A DNA stretch of 64,000 nt. Source: Phoronis australis. Lineage: Eukaryota; Animalia; Phoronida. The notes beneath the pieces are model-generated. The model did no database searches. It saw nothing but the letters and a program-made list of their open reading frames with translations, and was not told the DNA's origin. The first letter of the stretch is position 1, and each line of letters begins with the position of its first letter. Positions 51,315 through 63,500 of the stretch are shown in pieces. The stretch is taken from positions 572,122-636,121 of the forward strand of contig NMRA01000231.1 in the NCBI GenBank assembly GCA_002633005.1. Reading direction: 5' to 3'. The position numbers and the translations under genes were made by a program.

Positions 51315-54300
51315 AAAGAACTACTTTCATCATAATGATTCAACCGTAGACATCTTAAAGGCCTAGTATGGTGCCAAAATGACTAGTATTACATCTAAAA
51401 TGCATTTATTGATGAAAAACATCAAAATTCTGAGTCATGGCATACCCCAGTCGTTAATTAAGTAGGCCTTCGACAATACAATAGCCCTATCACGAACCCC
51501 ATTTAGCTCCAAAAAACTTGAGATGGCGCTTGCACTAATCGAAGTCTATGAAATCATCGTTACAACGAATTTGGCATTCACCGTGTCTCCACAGCATTGG
51601 AATCAGAGATGACTGGTCATTTAATTTTGTGCAAAATCAATGGAAAATCATAGAAACATATTAATTTCCCATTTCATATCAGTTAATATTAAAATTAATC
51701 AAAATCACTACCTTTAGAATTTGTATTCAATTATTTTGCACACATTCTAATAAGGGCCCGTATTGGAATCCCCGGGAGTGTGACTGGCGCCGTCTAAACA
51801 GCCGGAAAAACAAAACGATTCGTCTGAATTGTTAGCAGCAATGTCTCAATGTTTATTATAAAATGTTATTTGTTTGATACAAAAACTTTGATGTTTGGAA
51901 CTTTGCATCCATGTGTCTTTTTGAAGCCAAAGGTGTGAACGCTGCGCAATTCCAATACTGGCGGCTGTGGAGTGTGTGTCCCATATTGGTATAGACGACA
52001 GTAGGCCGTTTAATTTGATGCAAAATGCTTGGAAACGTTACAGCACATATCAGCTTGATGTTTTCGCACAATGCAATTACATTCAAATTCATTGAAAATT
52101 TTATATTAGAAACTCAATTAAAATAAGTCACCTTGAAATGCTACAACCCGTAATCGCCGCCATTTTTACTCGGTCAAGGTAAAAAATGAAAATTTACTAG
52201 CAACACAACATTGTGCGTGTCTGTGATAAATTAAAACTACGAAAGAAAAACTGGATTGCATAAAAATATACTCAATCATAAGAATTTGTAATCAATCGAA
52301 CGTTTTAAATTCAGTATCAGAATTCCGCTAGGCCTACGGGAACGACCCAAATGAGACAGAATATTCCGGATTTGGGCCGGATTCCCTATACTCTGGGCCG
52401 AAACAGTGACACGAAACGTCGAAGTGCACACTTCTGATATTTTGTAGCCTACTAGCTAGCTGTTTGAAGACTATCCCCAAAATACAGCTAGGTCACACTG
52501 AGACTTGAGCTCTGTTAAACTATAGACTATAGACTGTAGTCTATCACGAAATTTCATACAGACCGGGTATGAGTTGTGTTAGTCACCTCGTCATGATACT
52601 TATATTTCAGAGCCAACGACCGACGGCCGGGGTGCATGCAAAATCTGGGAGACAATTCGGACACTCACTTTGCCTGTTGCCAGTCGTTTAAAGACCTGGT
52701 TTCAAAATGCCCATGTGGTTCCAGTATCCGAAAATACTTACTACATAAAATCTTATTTTCGACACCCTTTCTTTATATTCTTTTCGCCTTTCTTGCCAAA
52801 AGCGATTTTTAACAGTATTTGACCCTTCTCTGTGAGCTTATAATTACCGGCTGTCATCGGTTATTTCCGTACCCACATTTCCGGCTCATGAGTTCAGGAA
52901 CTTGTCCTGAACGCCGCCATTTCTTCCTTGTAACTGAATGTGCTAGCGCTTGCTCGGAAAGTCTTCATTATTTTGTTTTATCAGTAATATCTCGTGATTC
53001 GTTTGCATACGTAGTGTATTTCTAGTTTGTAGTTAATGGTCGTTGATTTTTTTGGAATGTCACGCGTACTTATTATGTTAAAATAGCTTGGTGTTTAGTT
53101 CCTTACGTAGGCTAATCGAACCTAGGGACCAATATGGGTCGAACCTATTTTTATTTTTTTCCTCGTTTTGAAAAAGTACTTTGCTATCATCGGAAAGGTA
53201 GTGCATTCTACTCAGTAAAAATCGAAAAAGTGTGAAAATCTGGGCAAGTAGTGTAAAGTTATTGCAATTTTTTTGGCGAAATTTGGGTCACTTTGTTTGG
53301 ATCGCGTCGGCCATATTGGGAGACAGCGGGATAAGTTACGAATTTAAAACTTTGTGTAAATTGTTTTCGCCAACAATTTACGGCGAAATATAGTAAGACA
53401 TGTCTTTACTTACTATTCTGCACGGTTCAACAGTGTTCACCAAATTTCAGCCTCGCAATTTTTACTCGTTAAGTGATAAATGTACACACAATTCCCGTTG
53501 GACTTCGTCTCATTTCTGGCGGCACCGACAACATGGCGACTTTTGCTGAACTGAAAGGCATGTTCAACCGGCTGTTTTGTAACTTGTGAAGATTTAACGT
53601 TGATACATTTTGTCCAACGTTGCTACAAAAAAGGAACTTTGTTCCACTTTCGTATTTTTGTGCAAAAATATAAGATATATTCGAATTATTTTACTATGAA
53701 TTTCCCATTCAGGTGATCTTACACTAAGCTAAAAAAATATTTGATATAATTTTGAAATGTTTTTTGTTTGACTGTCAACTGCTGTTTAAGGCTTGATTCA
53801 GAGTCATAAAATGATTTATATTATTCTAAATTTTAAGTCTCAATTGCTTTGAAGTCATGTTTTATAACTTATTGCTTCTTAATTCAGGTTATCAAGTCAA
53901 CAATATGTTGGATTGTGAAGCTCCAAGCCTCCAATTCTTGTTCCTTGCAACTTAATATTTTTTTTAATCATGCTTGTCAAATTCTGGTGTAAGAAAACAC
54001 TATTCGGTCACCATGGTAATAGTTACATGTATGTCCCATTTCATATCATGGAAACTTTTGCTGTTGAATAGTGTTTGTAATGCTAAATGTTATAAAGTAT
54101 TGTGTATGTTAAAAGGTTGAACCATTTTTGGTTAATGAATAAAAATGATAACATTTTGTATTGGACTTGTCACACTTATTTGTTCAAACAAGCCCCCTAT
54201 TTGGAGAACTGAATATAGGTCAGCCTCAGTCAGAGAAGCACGAATTCCGAAAAAAGTAGAACATGAAACAATATTCCACTAGGAGACAGGAACTACGAAA

Positions 54301-54699
54301 ATTTAGTGTCGGCAGTTCGTAGCTCTGAACATACTTAGTAAACCTCGTTTGAGCGACCACTTAGGCCTAAGGGTAGCCTTGGCGCAAAGCTGTATAGGCC
54401 TACAAACAAGCTGTATTTTGATGCAAGTGTCTGAAAATACCTTTGAATATATACGGCATTTATGATTTGAACATTTTACTTCAGCAAAACAGCTTGCAAC
54501 CGCATGCCTTTTCCGTTCGCCAGTGTCTTGTGTCGATCCGCACCGGGTCCGATAGGCTGCGTTCCCGAGTCTTGCAAAATAATTTCTGTCAAAAATTATT
54601 CGCCACATTTCTTCAGCAAATTTGATAAAGTTGTCCGTATTTAGATTTTATACCACAATATTAGCGTCAAATGGCAGACACAACCGTGTAATAACCCAT

Positions 54700-54809
54700 A
54701 AAGTTATCTCACTAGTGAGATAACGATTTAGCGGGAAACCGAAGACAGAGTCGAACCCGGGACCTTCAAATTGCTGGTCGCCGACTTTACCACTACACCA
54801 TGCAGCGAC
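54700..54809 (-). mobile_element. tRNA-derived SINE head / tRNA-like pseudogene
   Basis: Minus strand has A box TGGTGTAGTGG and B box GGTTCGACTC at tRNA-like spacing; acceptor stem does not close. Confidence 0.6.
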
Positions 54810-56129
54810 TGATGTCATCATGAGTGAAAATAGAATACTTAAATGAGCACGCGCAATAATCACATGTTCAACAAACCGCATTGTACTGTACTTATACGCT
54901 ACAAAAAATAAGACAAATAATTTCCATAAAAATGATATCTTAGTTTTTCTCTCATGTCCTCTTACTTGTAAATCACCGATCTCCAGTTTGAATGCTGGTA
55001 TCGTGTCGTCAGGATCTTTGACTTGAGAATTACATGTATATTCAGTTACCAGTGGTAACCTACTTTAGCAGACGATAATTTCCCGGTCGAAGCTTGGCAT
55101 GAAAAAAGCGTGTTTTAAAAGGGAACTGTATTTTATTCTGAATGAATTCTGGATAGTTTTCTATGAATTGTTGATTAATTTCACAAATAATTCAACACCA
55201 AAAATTAAACTTATGTTCTCTAATGAAGCTCAAAAAATTACCGGCTTGGAGCGCTGCTTAGTCTCGTGACGTATTTGGCGGGGGCAAAGTCACTGTCCTG
55301 TGTTAGCGTGCAATCAAGTAGCGTTTTTTGTATTGTCGGAATAAGAAATTTTAGTGTGAAATTTCGGGTCACAAGGGATACCTGTTTGAGCCGAGGCAAC
55401 ACAAAGTGATACCTAGTCATCGTCATCGTCAGACGAAAATTTGCCGGTGTAACTGGTGTCAGTGACTGTGCCGAGGGCAATGTGGACTCTAGCCATCCAG
55501 TCAGCCAGTTGTCAGCCAATACTCCGGCAGCTCTGTAAACTTGAAGGGTTGGTAAGTTACCGACTGTACCTGTATGAAGACTATCGTACCACTGTGTGTT
55601 GAGCTCCGTTAACCCCGAAATTTCAGACAGCCGTTGACTACCCGGGTATAGTTGACTCAGTTATGCTCGTCACCTCGTCGTAAAACTTAGGCTACATCAA
55701 CATATAAAGCTAACGGACCGGCGGGGGCGCATGCAAAATCTGATATAGTCACCCGACACTTCCATTGTTCGTTGCAGCCGTTTAAGTGGAAAACAATCAA
55801 ATAAACGTCCTTTGGTAGCATAATTTGCCGCCTTTTTAACAAAGAAGTGTGTTGTCCGTTTCAAGAACAGCACGCTCGTGACACGGCGCACGCGCCATTT
55901 CATAAAAATTTGAGACGTCTTTCGGGACATCATAACAGCTTCGCAGCACCAAGGTTGTTCTAAAATTCGGTTTGCTGGTGTAAAAATACTAAAAACTTGA
56001 AACAAAATGAAACAAGCTCCGATAATTTGTTATAACATGTACGCAACCTAGGTACCGTCAGCGACGAACACATGATAAAAGAATCAGGGGGAAAAGAAAC
56101 TGGTAAAGGTCAGGTGACGTAATCGCAAA

Positions 56130-56758
56130 AAGCCGACTCAAGAAAACACATCACAATTTTACTAGCACCAGCCGATGAACGATCGCTAACATTTCCAACA
56201 CCGGTAAATACAGAAGTTAGTTTACTCTAGGAACCTGTTTCCTAGGTTTACTCAAGGATGACTTAGTTTTAATGACATTTATTTGAGTCAGATTTTATTT
56301 GTACATTTTTTACCCATATCGGCTTAAACCTGTAGGCCTATATCTAGTATACACTGAGCTTTGGGCCAAGGCTTGGGTAACCCGGCGATGGTATGCGATG
56401 ACCATCCCTTTAGAAGACGCCTTTTTCGAAGAGTTTGAGCAACCAGGTGCCATACAAAAAGGCATAGCGAACCTTTTACAGCACTGTGGCAAACAATAAA
56501 AAATAAGGACGATTGATACAATGATAAATTACGATGTAAACTCTTCAAATATGACATAAGCAATGAATGTGCAAAGCAGCCGATACCCCGCCGTTCACGT
56601 CACTGACACATCAGCCAATCAGCGATCGCTTTCAGAATTCAGTGTTTTGACCATGAATACGAATTAGCTTTTGTTTGGCACGCAAGTCAGGCAAATGTGA
56701 GTTTTATTTGTATGTTAGAACCGATTAACTGCAACATTATTTTGACTACAGTCCCCTT
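56130..56758 (-). mobile_element. THAP-bearing Kolobok-type 5' end (family E copy 1)
   Basis: End TTAA-AAGGGGACTGTAGTC on minus; MPFCMAPGCSNS THAP start; inverted match to 58058-58558. Confidence 0.7.
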
Positions 56759-56993
56759 TTAAGCTTTAATAGTTGGTAAACCTTAATTTATAAATTAAAT
56801 TTATTTCTATTATATATAAGTTTTCAATTGGTTTTGAGTAAAAGCATTATTTGACAAAAATAACCCGGCTTCTCTTAAAAGGTCACGACCTCCGACTCCG
56901 GGCCTCTGACATAGAAAGTAGTTACAAAGCCGTGGAGAGTCAGAAAAGGTAAATCGATTCATTGCAATGTTTCTCGTTTAGTATGTGGTATAA

Positions 56994-57157
56994 ATAGATT
57001 ATTACATGTTCTCAGCTGTTATCCCCCTTATCTAGAGCCCTCGTGGATTTTGGAGAATTATCACCCTCGGGGCTAACGCCCCTCAGGCGATAACTTTCCA
57101 AAAACCACTCGGGCTCTAGATAACGGGGGATAACGACTTCGCCATGTAATAATCTAT
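56994..57157. repeat. Palindromic element of about 165 bp
   Basis: ATAGATTATTACATG...TTATCCCCCTTATCTAGAGCCC ... GGGCTCTAGATAACGGGGGATAA...CATGTAATAATCTAT folds on itself around GGGGCTAACGCCCC. Confidence 0.85.
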
Positions 57158-58057
57158 ATTTATTAAAATTAAGGCGTGCTGTTTATTATTTCATCCCCGT
57201 CTATAGGCTGGTAACAAGCACTCGTCCATTCACACTGACGGCGTTTTCTTAGCCTGGGTTCCTGAGTGAATTGTACTTCCGGGTTCGCGGCAAGTTCAAA
57301 ATGGCGGTGGTTCTTCGGGTGCGAATCGTGAGTGGCGCGTTCATTTAAACTTTTTTCGAGTACGGATTGTGTAATAGTTACGGGGTAGGTACTTCTTGGA
57401 TCCTTATAACATCCTCTAACCATGTAATAAGGGTTAACAACGCGTGCGACCAGGTCTTTAATGGCTAGTAAACCGCAAGCATTACTCTCCGCCTTTTGAG
57501 TTTTGTAACAAAGAAAGTCTGTCGTCGTTTTGAAAACAGTGCGCTCGTGACACGTGCACGCGCCGAACTAAAATTTTGTGACTTCTTTTGGGGCATGATG
57601 ACAGTTTCGCAGCAGTAAAGTTTGCTCTAAATTCGGTTTCCTGGTCTTAAAAATACTAAGAACTTGTAGTGACAATTTTTGTGACAGTACGCAACCTCGT
57701 GGCACAAAAGAACAGTTGACAGAAGCATAAACCGGGGGATAAGAAACTGTTCAGGCCAGGCGACGTAATCGCCAAACACCGAATGTACAGAATGTCCAAG
57801 AAATGGCACTCAGCTGTTACGCAGTGTGGCTCCCCAGGAATTGCGTGGCCACGATGATGTCATATGAACCACTTTACGCTGATTGGTTTGAGAATTTTTC
57901 TGGGGCGCTCAAGGGGGCTACGAGTTATGAGCGGCGTAATTTGCGTCGCAATAAATTATTTCCGTGGTATGTACGAAGCAAAAACAATATTTCTTATGAA
58001 CAATACATACATGTCAGGTGTCAAAAATGTGTTTTAGTCGCTGGATGTTGTCTTTAA

Positions 58058-58558
58058 ACGGGGACTATAGTCAAAATAATGTTTCAGTTAATCGGTTCTA
58101 GCATACAAATGAAACTCATATTTGCCTGACTTGCGTGCCAAACAAAAGCCGATTCGTATTCATGGTTAAAACACTGAATTCTGAAAGCGATCGCTGATTG
58201 GCCGATGTGTCAGTGACATGAATGGCGGGGTATACGCTGCTTTACACATTCATTGCTTATGTCATATTTTGAAGAGTTTACATCGTAATTTATCATTGAT
58301 CAATCGTCCTTATTTTTTATTGTTTGCCAGAGTGCTTTAAAAGGTCCGCTATGCCTTTTTGTATGGCGCCTGCTTGCTCAAACTCTTCGAAAAAGGTGTC
58401 TAGGGATGGTCATCGCATACCATCGTCGGGTTACCCAAGCCTTGGCCCAAAGCTATACTAAGGGAGGCCTACAGGTTTTCAAGAGCTGATATGGGTAAAA
58501 AATGGACAAATTAAGTCTGACTTATTGTCATTAAAACTAATCTCATCCTTGAGTAAAC
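58058..58558 (+). mobile_element. THAP-bearing Kolobok-type 5' end (family E copy 2), truncated by Harbinger element
   Basis: TTAA|ACGGGACTATAGTC; MPFCMAPACSNS at 58351. Confidence 0.7.
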
Positions 58559-61500
58559 ATTGACTTAAGTTCATTTTGACTTAAGTTTAAGACTTTTCTT
58601 AAGTTTTTGACTTAAGACAAATCCTAAGATTATTTTGCGTTCCAAGAAACAATCTTAGCTAAGACTGACTTAAGTTTTTGTCTTAACTTTAAGTCAACTC
58701 TCACCTTGTCTTAACTCGACCTTAAGTTTGTCAAAATGGCCGTATTCCACATTCGTCAGCGAAGAAATGAAAACCTAGGCAGAGTTTATCGAGAGCAGAT
58801 TATTTTGCGTTCCAAGAAACAATCTTAGCTAAGACTGACTTAAGTTTTTGTCTTAACTTTAAGTCAACTCTCATCTTGTCTTAACTCGATCTTAAGTTTG
58901 TCAAAATGGCCGTATTCCACATTCGTCAGCGAAGAAATGAAAACCTAGGCAGAGTTTATCGAGAGCGTCTTCAATACGACTCGTATGTTGACGGATGAAC
59001 AAGGATGCAGTTGACTTGTTATGCTCTTTTTTAAAAGACGACCTCGAGCCAGAAACTCGCAGAGGATATTCACTTACAACTGAGCAGCAAGTCTCAGTTG
59101 CGTTGCGGTTCTACGCCACTGGAAACTTTCAAACGGTCGTAGGTGATAGCCAAGGGATGACTAAGTCGACCGTTTCAAGAACGATCACAAAAGTAACAAA
59201 TGCCATGATCAACAATTCACCCGACTTGTCGCTCCCCAACTTGATCGACAACATCGATCTGTACCAGCGGCAATTCCATCAAGTCGCTGGCTTTCCCCGT
59301 GTTGTGGGATGTGTAGATGGGTCACTAGTAGCGATTAGAGCACCACAGCATGATGAGCAAACATTGGTTTGCAGAAAAGGCTTCCATGCCATAAACGTTC
59401 AAGTGGTTGCAGACCCCTTTTTAAGGTACAGTAAGTATCCCAAGTTAATGTCCTTGCTAGAACAACGGAGTCGTCTTAAATAACAGTGTAGGCTACTACT
59501 CGACACTATATGAACCGTTCAGTCCACAGCGTAATGTTTGATTGACCTCACTCGCGACCAAGCAGTCTCTGTTATTGTCTTTGGATACAATGTATTACTG
59601 ACTTCTGTCGCACGCGCTGTCACACCACGGTGTATTAAAGAGGTACTATTTGATATTTCTTGGATGAAAAATTTAAAGGCGCGCTATCCCAAATTCTTTA
59701 GTTGAGAAAATGTGGCCACTGTGAATGCATACATGAAGTTCCTCGTGATAACATGTAACATGCAAAGCCTGCTTTTCTGAAGTCCAAAAACTACATACTA
59801 ATTTAAAAAGGGGTATACGCCGCAAATACATAACTTGTATTTTGGCATGGAATGTGGGATGAATTGCACTTTAAATGAAAATGTCTCGAATGACATTGCA
59901 TTTTCAATTTCAATTGTGAAAGTTGATACTTCGATGCAAGACTTCACATTTTAAAAATTTTTGACACAAAAGTGTGTGTAGTCCACTTAATGACATCTTA
60001 TTTACAACTGACAGTGGGAAATATGTGTGTGATTTTTTTGACATGAATTTTTCAGATTTACAGACATAGTGGCAAAATGGCCAGGCTCCACACATGATTC
60101 GTTCATGTGGGCAAACTGAAGCACGGCAGAAGTTTGAAGTGTATAGTCACGGCTAAATACCAACATAGTGACGAGGCTCGTGGTCTATGAATTCTGCGCA
60201 CAATGATTTTTTAGGACTGTAGGATCTTATTGATGAATTGAAGACGTGACTGTAGAGTTTTAGAACTGTAGGTAAGGCATTTTTCACATGAACACGCGTG
60301 GGCTGGGTGCTTATTTTGGCGAAGTCTGGAAACGCGTGAAGGGGGCTCTCATAGGGCGAATTTGGTATATACACCGGTGACCTAAAGTCGTGAATATAAG
60401 CATAATAAGTGCCGATGGTCATACTACCCAATGTCCGTTAGCAACTGCTCATGTGATGTCATGGACATATGTCAGCCTTAACAAATATACGTGTTTTGAC
60501 AATCTTAATCCTTGTTTGTCTCCGTAAGCAGAGTTTTGAAACGGTCGCTGATATCGGNGATATAAATATTTATTAATGTACAAGTAATGCAGACATTTCT
60601 CCAATAGATTTCATCCTAATGGCAGATATTCAACATTGAAGCAAGAGTAGTGGAACCCTGGGTGCAGAAAAATGTGAAACATTTTGGATAAAAAACGGAA
60701 TCAGTGGAATTTGACATTTTAAAATGGAAACATTTATACTAGGAGTCGTAGCATGTGCATACCCAGCCTAAAAATAGGGGGCTTGAATTTATTTTGTGTT
60801 CTTTTCTATTTTTTCGGAGATTTTGTTTCTGTGAGGCAAACCTTTTTACTCACTTTGTCAAAGGGGGGAGGGGTCATTAAAGCCCCCGAGCACACCCCTT
60901 GGTGAGCGCATGTGTAGTGTTGAAATTCGTGTGTAGACATGTTGAGAACATACAGATTACAGTACATCACCACCTGTGATTTTGGCTAGATTTTTCTAGT
61001 TGCAAGTCAGCTAATGAACTTTACCCATTCATAGAGTGATCACTTTCACTAAAGAAGTGAAACAGAATGTGGATAAACCTGTCGGGTTGACTTGATGGCA
61101 CCGACAGTGGATGAAGAAATGATTTTTGTTAATATTTAAACATGCACAACATTAAGAACTGGAATGTGGGATGAATTGCACTTTAAATGAAAATGTCTCG
61201 AATGACATTGCATTTTCAATTTCAATTGTGAAAGTTGATACTTCGATGCAAGACTTCACATTTTTAAAATTTTTGACACAAAAGTGTTTGTAGTCCACTT
61301 AATGACATCTTATTTACAACTGACAGTGGCAAATATGTGTGTGATTTTTTTGACATGAATTTTTTAGATTTACAGACATAGTGGCAAAATGGCCAGACTC
61401 CACACATGTGGGCAAATTGTGGCCTTGAAGAAAAATTCTCGAGAGGCATAATCAGAGATGCCTGGTTACTCGGAGACTCTGGATACCCTCTGAAGCCCTA

Positions 61501-61753
61501 CCTAATGACACCTCTAGGTATGACTAAGGTCAGATTTCAAACCAGACCATTGTTAATATACGTAGTAAACAATTTTATATTCCAACAAGCTAGCTGAGCA
61601 AGAGCAAGTCGTTTAACAATATAATGTGTAACATTAATTTCTTTCACTCGCAGGAGACCCGCAGACAAGAAATGAAATTAATTACAATAACAGCCATACA
61701 AAGACAAGGCAAGTTGTGGAGTGGGCACTAGGTGTTGCAAAATCGCGATTCAG
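58559..61753 (+). mobile_element. PIF/Harbinger transposon with intron-containing DDE transposase (HARBI1-like), disrupted
   Basis: Exon 58906-59425 (ALRFYATG, GFPRVVGCVDGSLV, RKGFHAINVQVV), exon 60056-/61368-61517 (FTDIVAKWPGSTHD, LLGDSGYPLKPYLMTP), exon 61654-61753 (YNNSHTKTRQVVE..GVAKSRF) with GT-AG boundaries in compatible phases; CTTAAG-rich left arm. Confidence 0.9.
58627..58966 (+). repeat. Near-perfect 170-bp tandem duplication covering the transposase start
   Basis: 58627-58796 and 58797-58966 differ at only about two positions. Confidence 0.95.
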
Positions 61754-62113
61754 GTATATTAATTTTTTCAATGCATATCCACTTAGAAGATGGCATAGTC
61801 AACTTTCATGAAACAATTTCAATAGTTCAAACTGACTAACTAAATATTAGATGAAAAATGCACATTATATACAAAGCTCAACTTTCAATATGAAAATTAA
61901 AGAATGAACTGTTTTCTGTTGATGGTTGCACAAGCGCAGTGTCAGTCTTATTGATATTGCGAGACACATCACATTTCATTTAAAAAGACACCTTGAAGTA
62001 ACAGACAAAATGTTTAGAATATTAATTAAATTAAAATCTGGCAACATTCAGGTGTTCGGTGTAAACACAGAATAAACACAAGGTGATCATATATATTAAC
62101 AAACAGTTCTATN

Positions 62114-62301
62114 ATTGTACTTCCGGGTTCGCGGCAAGTTCAAAATGGCGGTGTTTCTTTGGGTGCGAATCGTGAGTGGCGCGTTCATTTAAACTGTTTT
62201 CGAGTACGGATCGTGTATTAGTTATGGGGTAGGTACTTCTTGGATCCTTATAACATCTTCTAACCATGTATTAAGGGTTAACAACGCGTGAGACGAGGAC
62301 T
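62114..62301 (-). mobile_element. Terminal fragment of Kolobok-type family C (copy 3)
   Basis: Matches 26253-26440 inverted; ends TGAGACGAGGACT|TTAA; starts at the single N. Confidence 0.85.
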
Positions 62302-62889
62302 TTAAATCAGTTGCTTTTTCTATTTACAGATAAGGTCGTTGTAACAGTTGCTATCTATTTACAAATTAAGACTTTCAAAATACTGAAAGTTCTATTACAT
62401 TTTTGCTTAAGATGCACAATGCGTTATTTTCACTAGTTTGTAACTCATCAATCGAAAGGTGCCGCAAAACTACAGAAGACCATTCAATAAATTTAGTTAG
62501 CATTAAATTCGATATGTCGTTATTTGTGGAATGTTTCACATTGAAATATGTTCTTCAAATTTTGAACAAAAATGAAATGGAAAGAGTAGCTACTAATGAC
62601 AAGGTCTCTTTACTATGAACATCCAAAAGGCACGAGCACCTTTCTGTGCATTGAAATGTGCTTATTCAACATACGCTTGCTTAGTCAAGGCAGTAGTGTT
62701 TGTTATTAGATGCACATAATTGCTTCTTAAACAGTTACCTTTGACTGAATGACCATTTCTGCAAATTGAATCTTCAGTGCACAATAATAATTCTACGCGT
62801 TCAGTAACTCTGTGTGTTCAATAAGCACATTTCAATGCATAGAAATGTACTCATTTACAACTTCTTAGGCACGACAAAATTTACATATT

Positions 62890-63500
62890 GGACATGTTTT
62901 TTAGTGTCTTTCTCAAGCCCTTCTCATATTTAGGATTCTTTGACTCAGTTTTCTGATAGCACTCAAGAATTTTTTTCTGGAAAGAAAATTCCCTGATGGT
63001 GATGAACAGTATCAAAAACATTGACATAACATCTAACTTATCTCCTTGAGTAAACCCAACAGTGGCGTTCTCCCACTTAGACAGTAAAGTTTCATTTCGT
63101 AGTGCACTTCACAACACCCCATCCCTCAGATCACCACCATGGTAACAGTCCACAGACTCGCTACTGAATAAAAAATTTCACCACAAATTCAAGCTCAACA
63201 GTGAACTCTACTAGAGCCTTGGATGGGCGCACTAACCCCCCACGGTCACTGATTGATACCCAGTCCTTTGTGCCAAGAACCTTGTCTTTGTTACACAGAG
63301 TTTGTAATAGTTGAACTATTTTATGTTCCTTTTTACAATTACCAACTTTTGTCAGTAAACGAGCACACATTGCACCACAAATGTACTCCAATGCTTCTTT
63401 CTGTGTAGAGCTCACTTCAGCATCAACACTAGAGCTGTGCTTTTTTAGTTTTCCTTTAGATTGTCTTTCAGGACAATGTTGAATAGTCTCCTCACATACG
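62890..63500 (-). pseudogene. Decayed transposon-associated ORF with P-element/THAP9-like C-terminal motif
   Basis: EALEYICGAMC..L, WVSISDRGGLVRPS, and downstream frameshifted LFITIREFSF...KGLRKTLK. Confidence 0.55.

Larger units (their letters stand above)
52692..57457 (-). mobile_element. Non-autonomous Kolobok-type element (family C copy 2) interrupted by a 2.5-kb composite insertion (54653-57160)
   Basis: TTAA|AGACCTGGTTTCA ... TGCGACCAGGTCT|TTAA; both halves align inverted and contiguously with 26253-28797. Confidence 0.8.

Noticed and set aside
54735-54809. Functional tRNA gene
   Set aside because: A and B boxes present but acceptor and anticodon stems do not pair; treated as SINE head.
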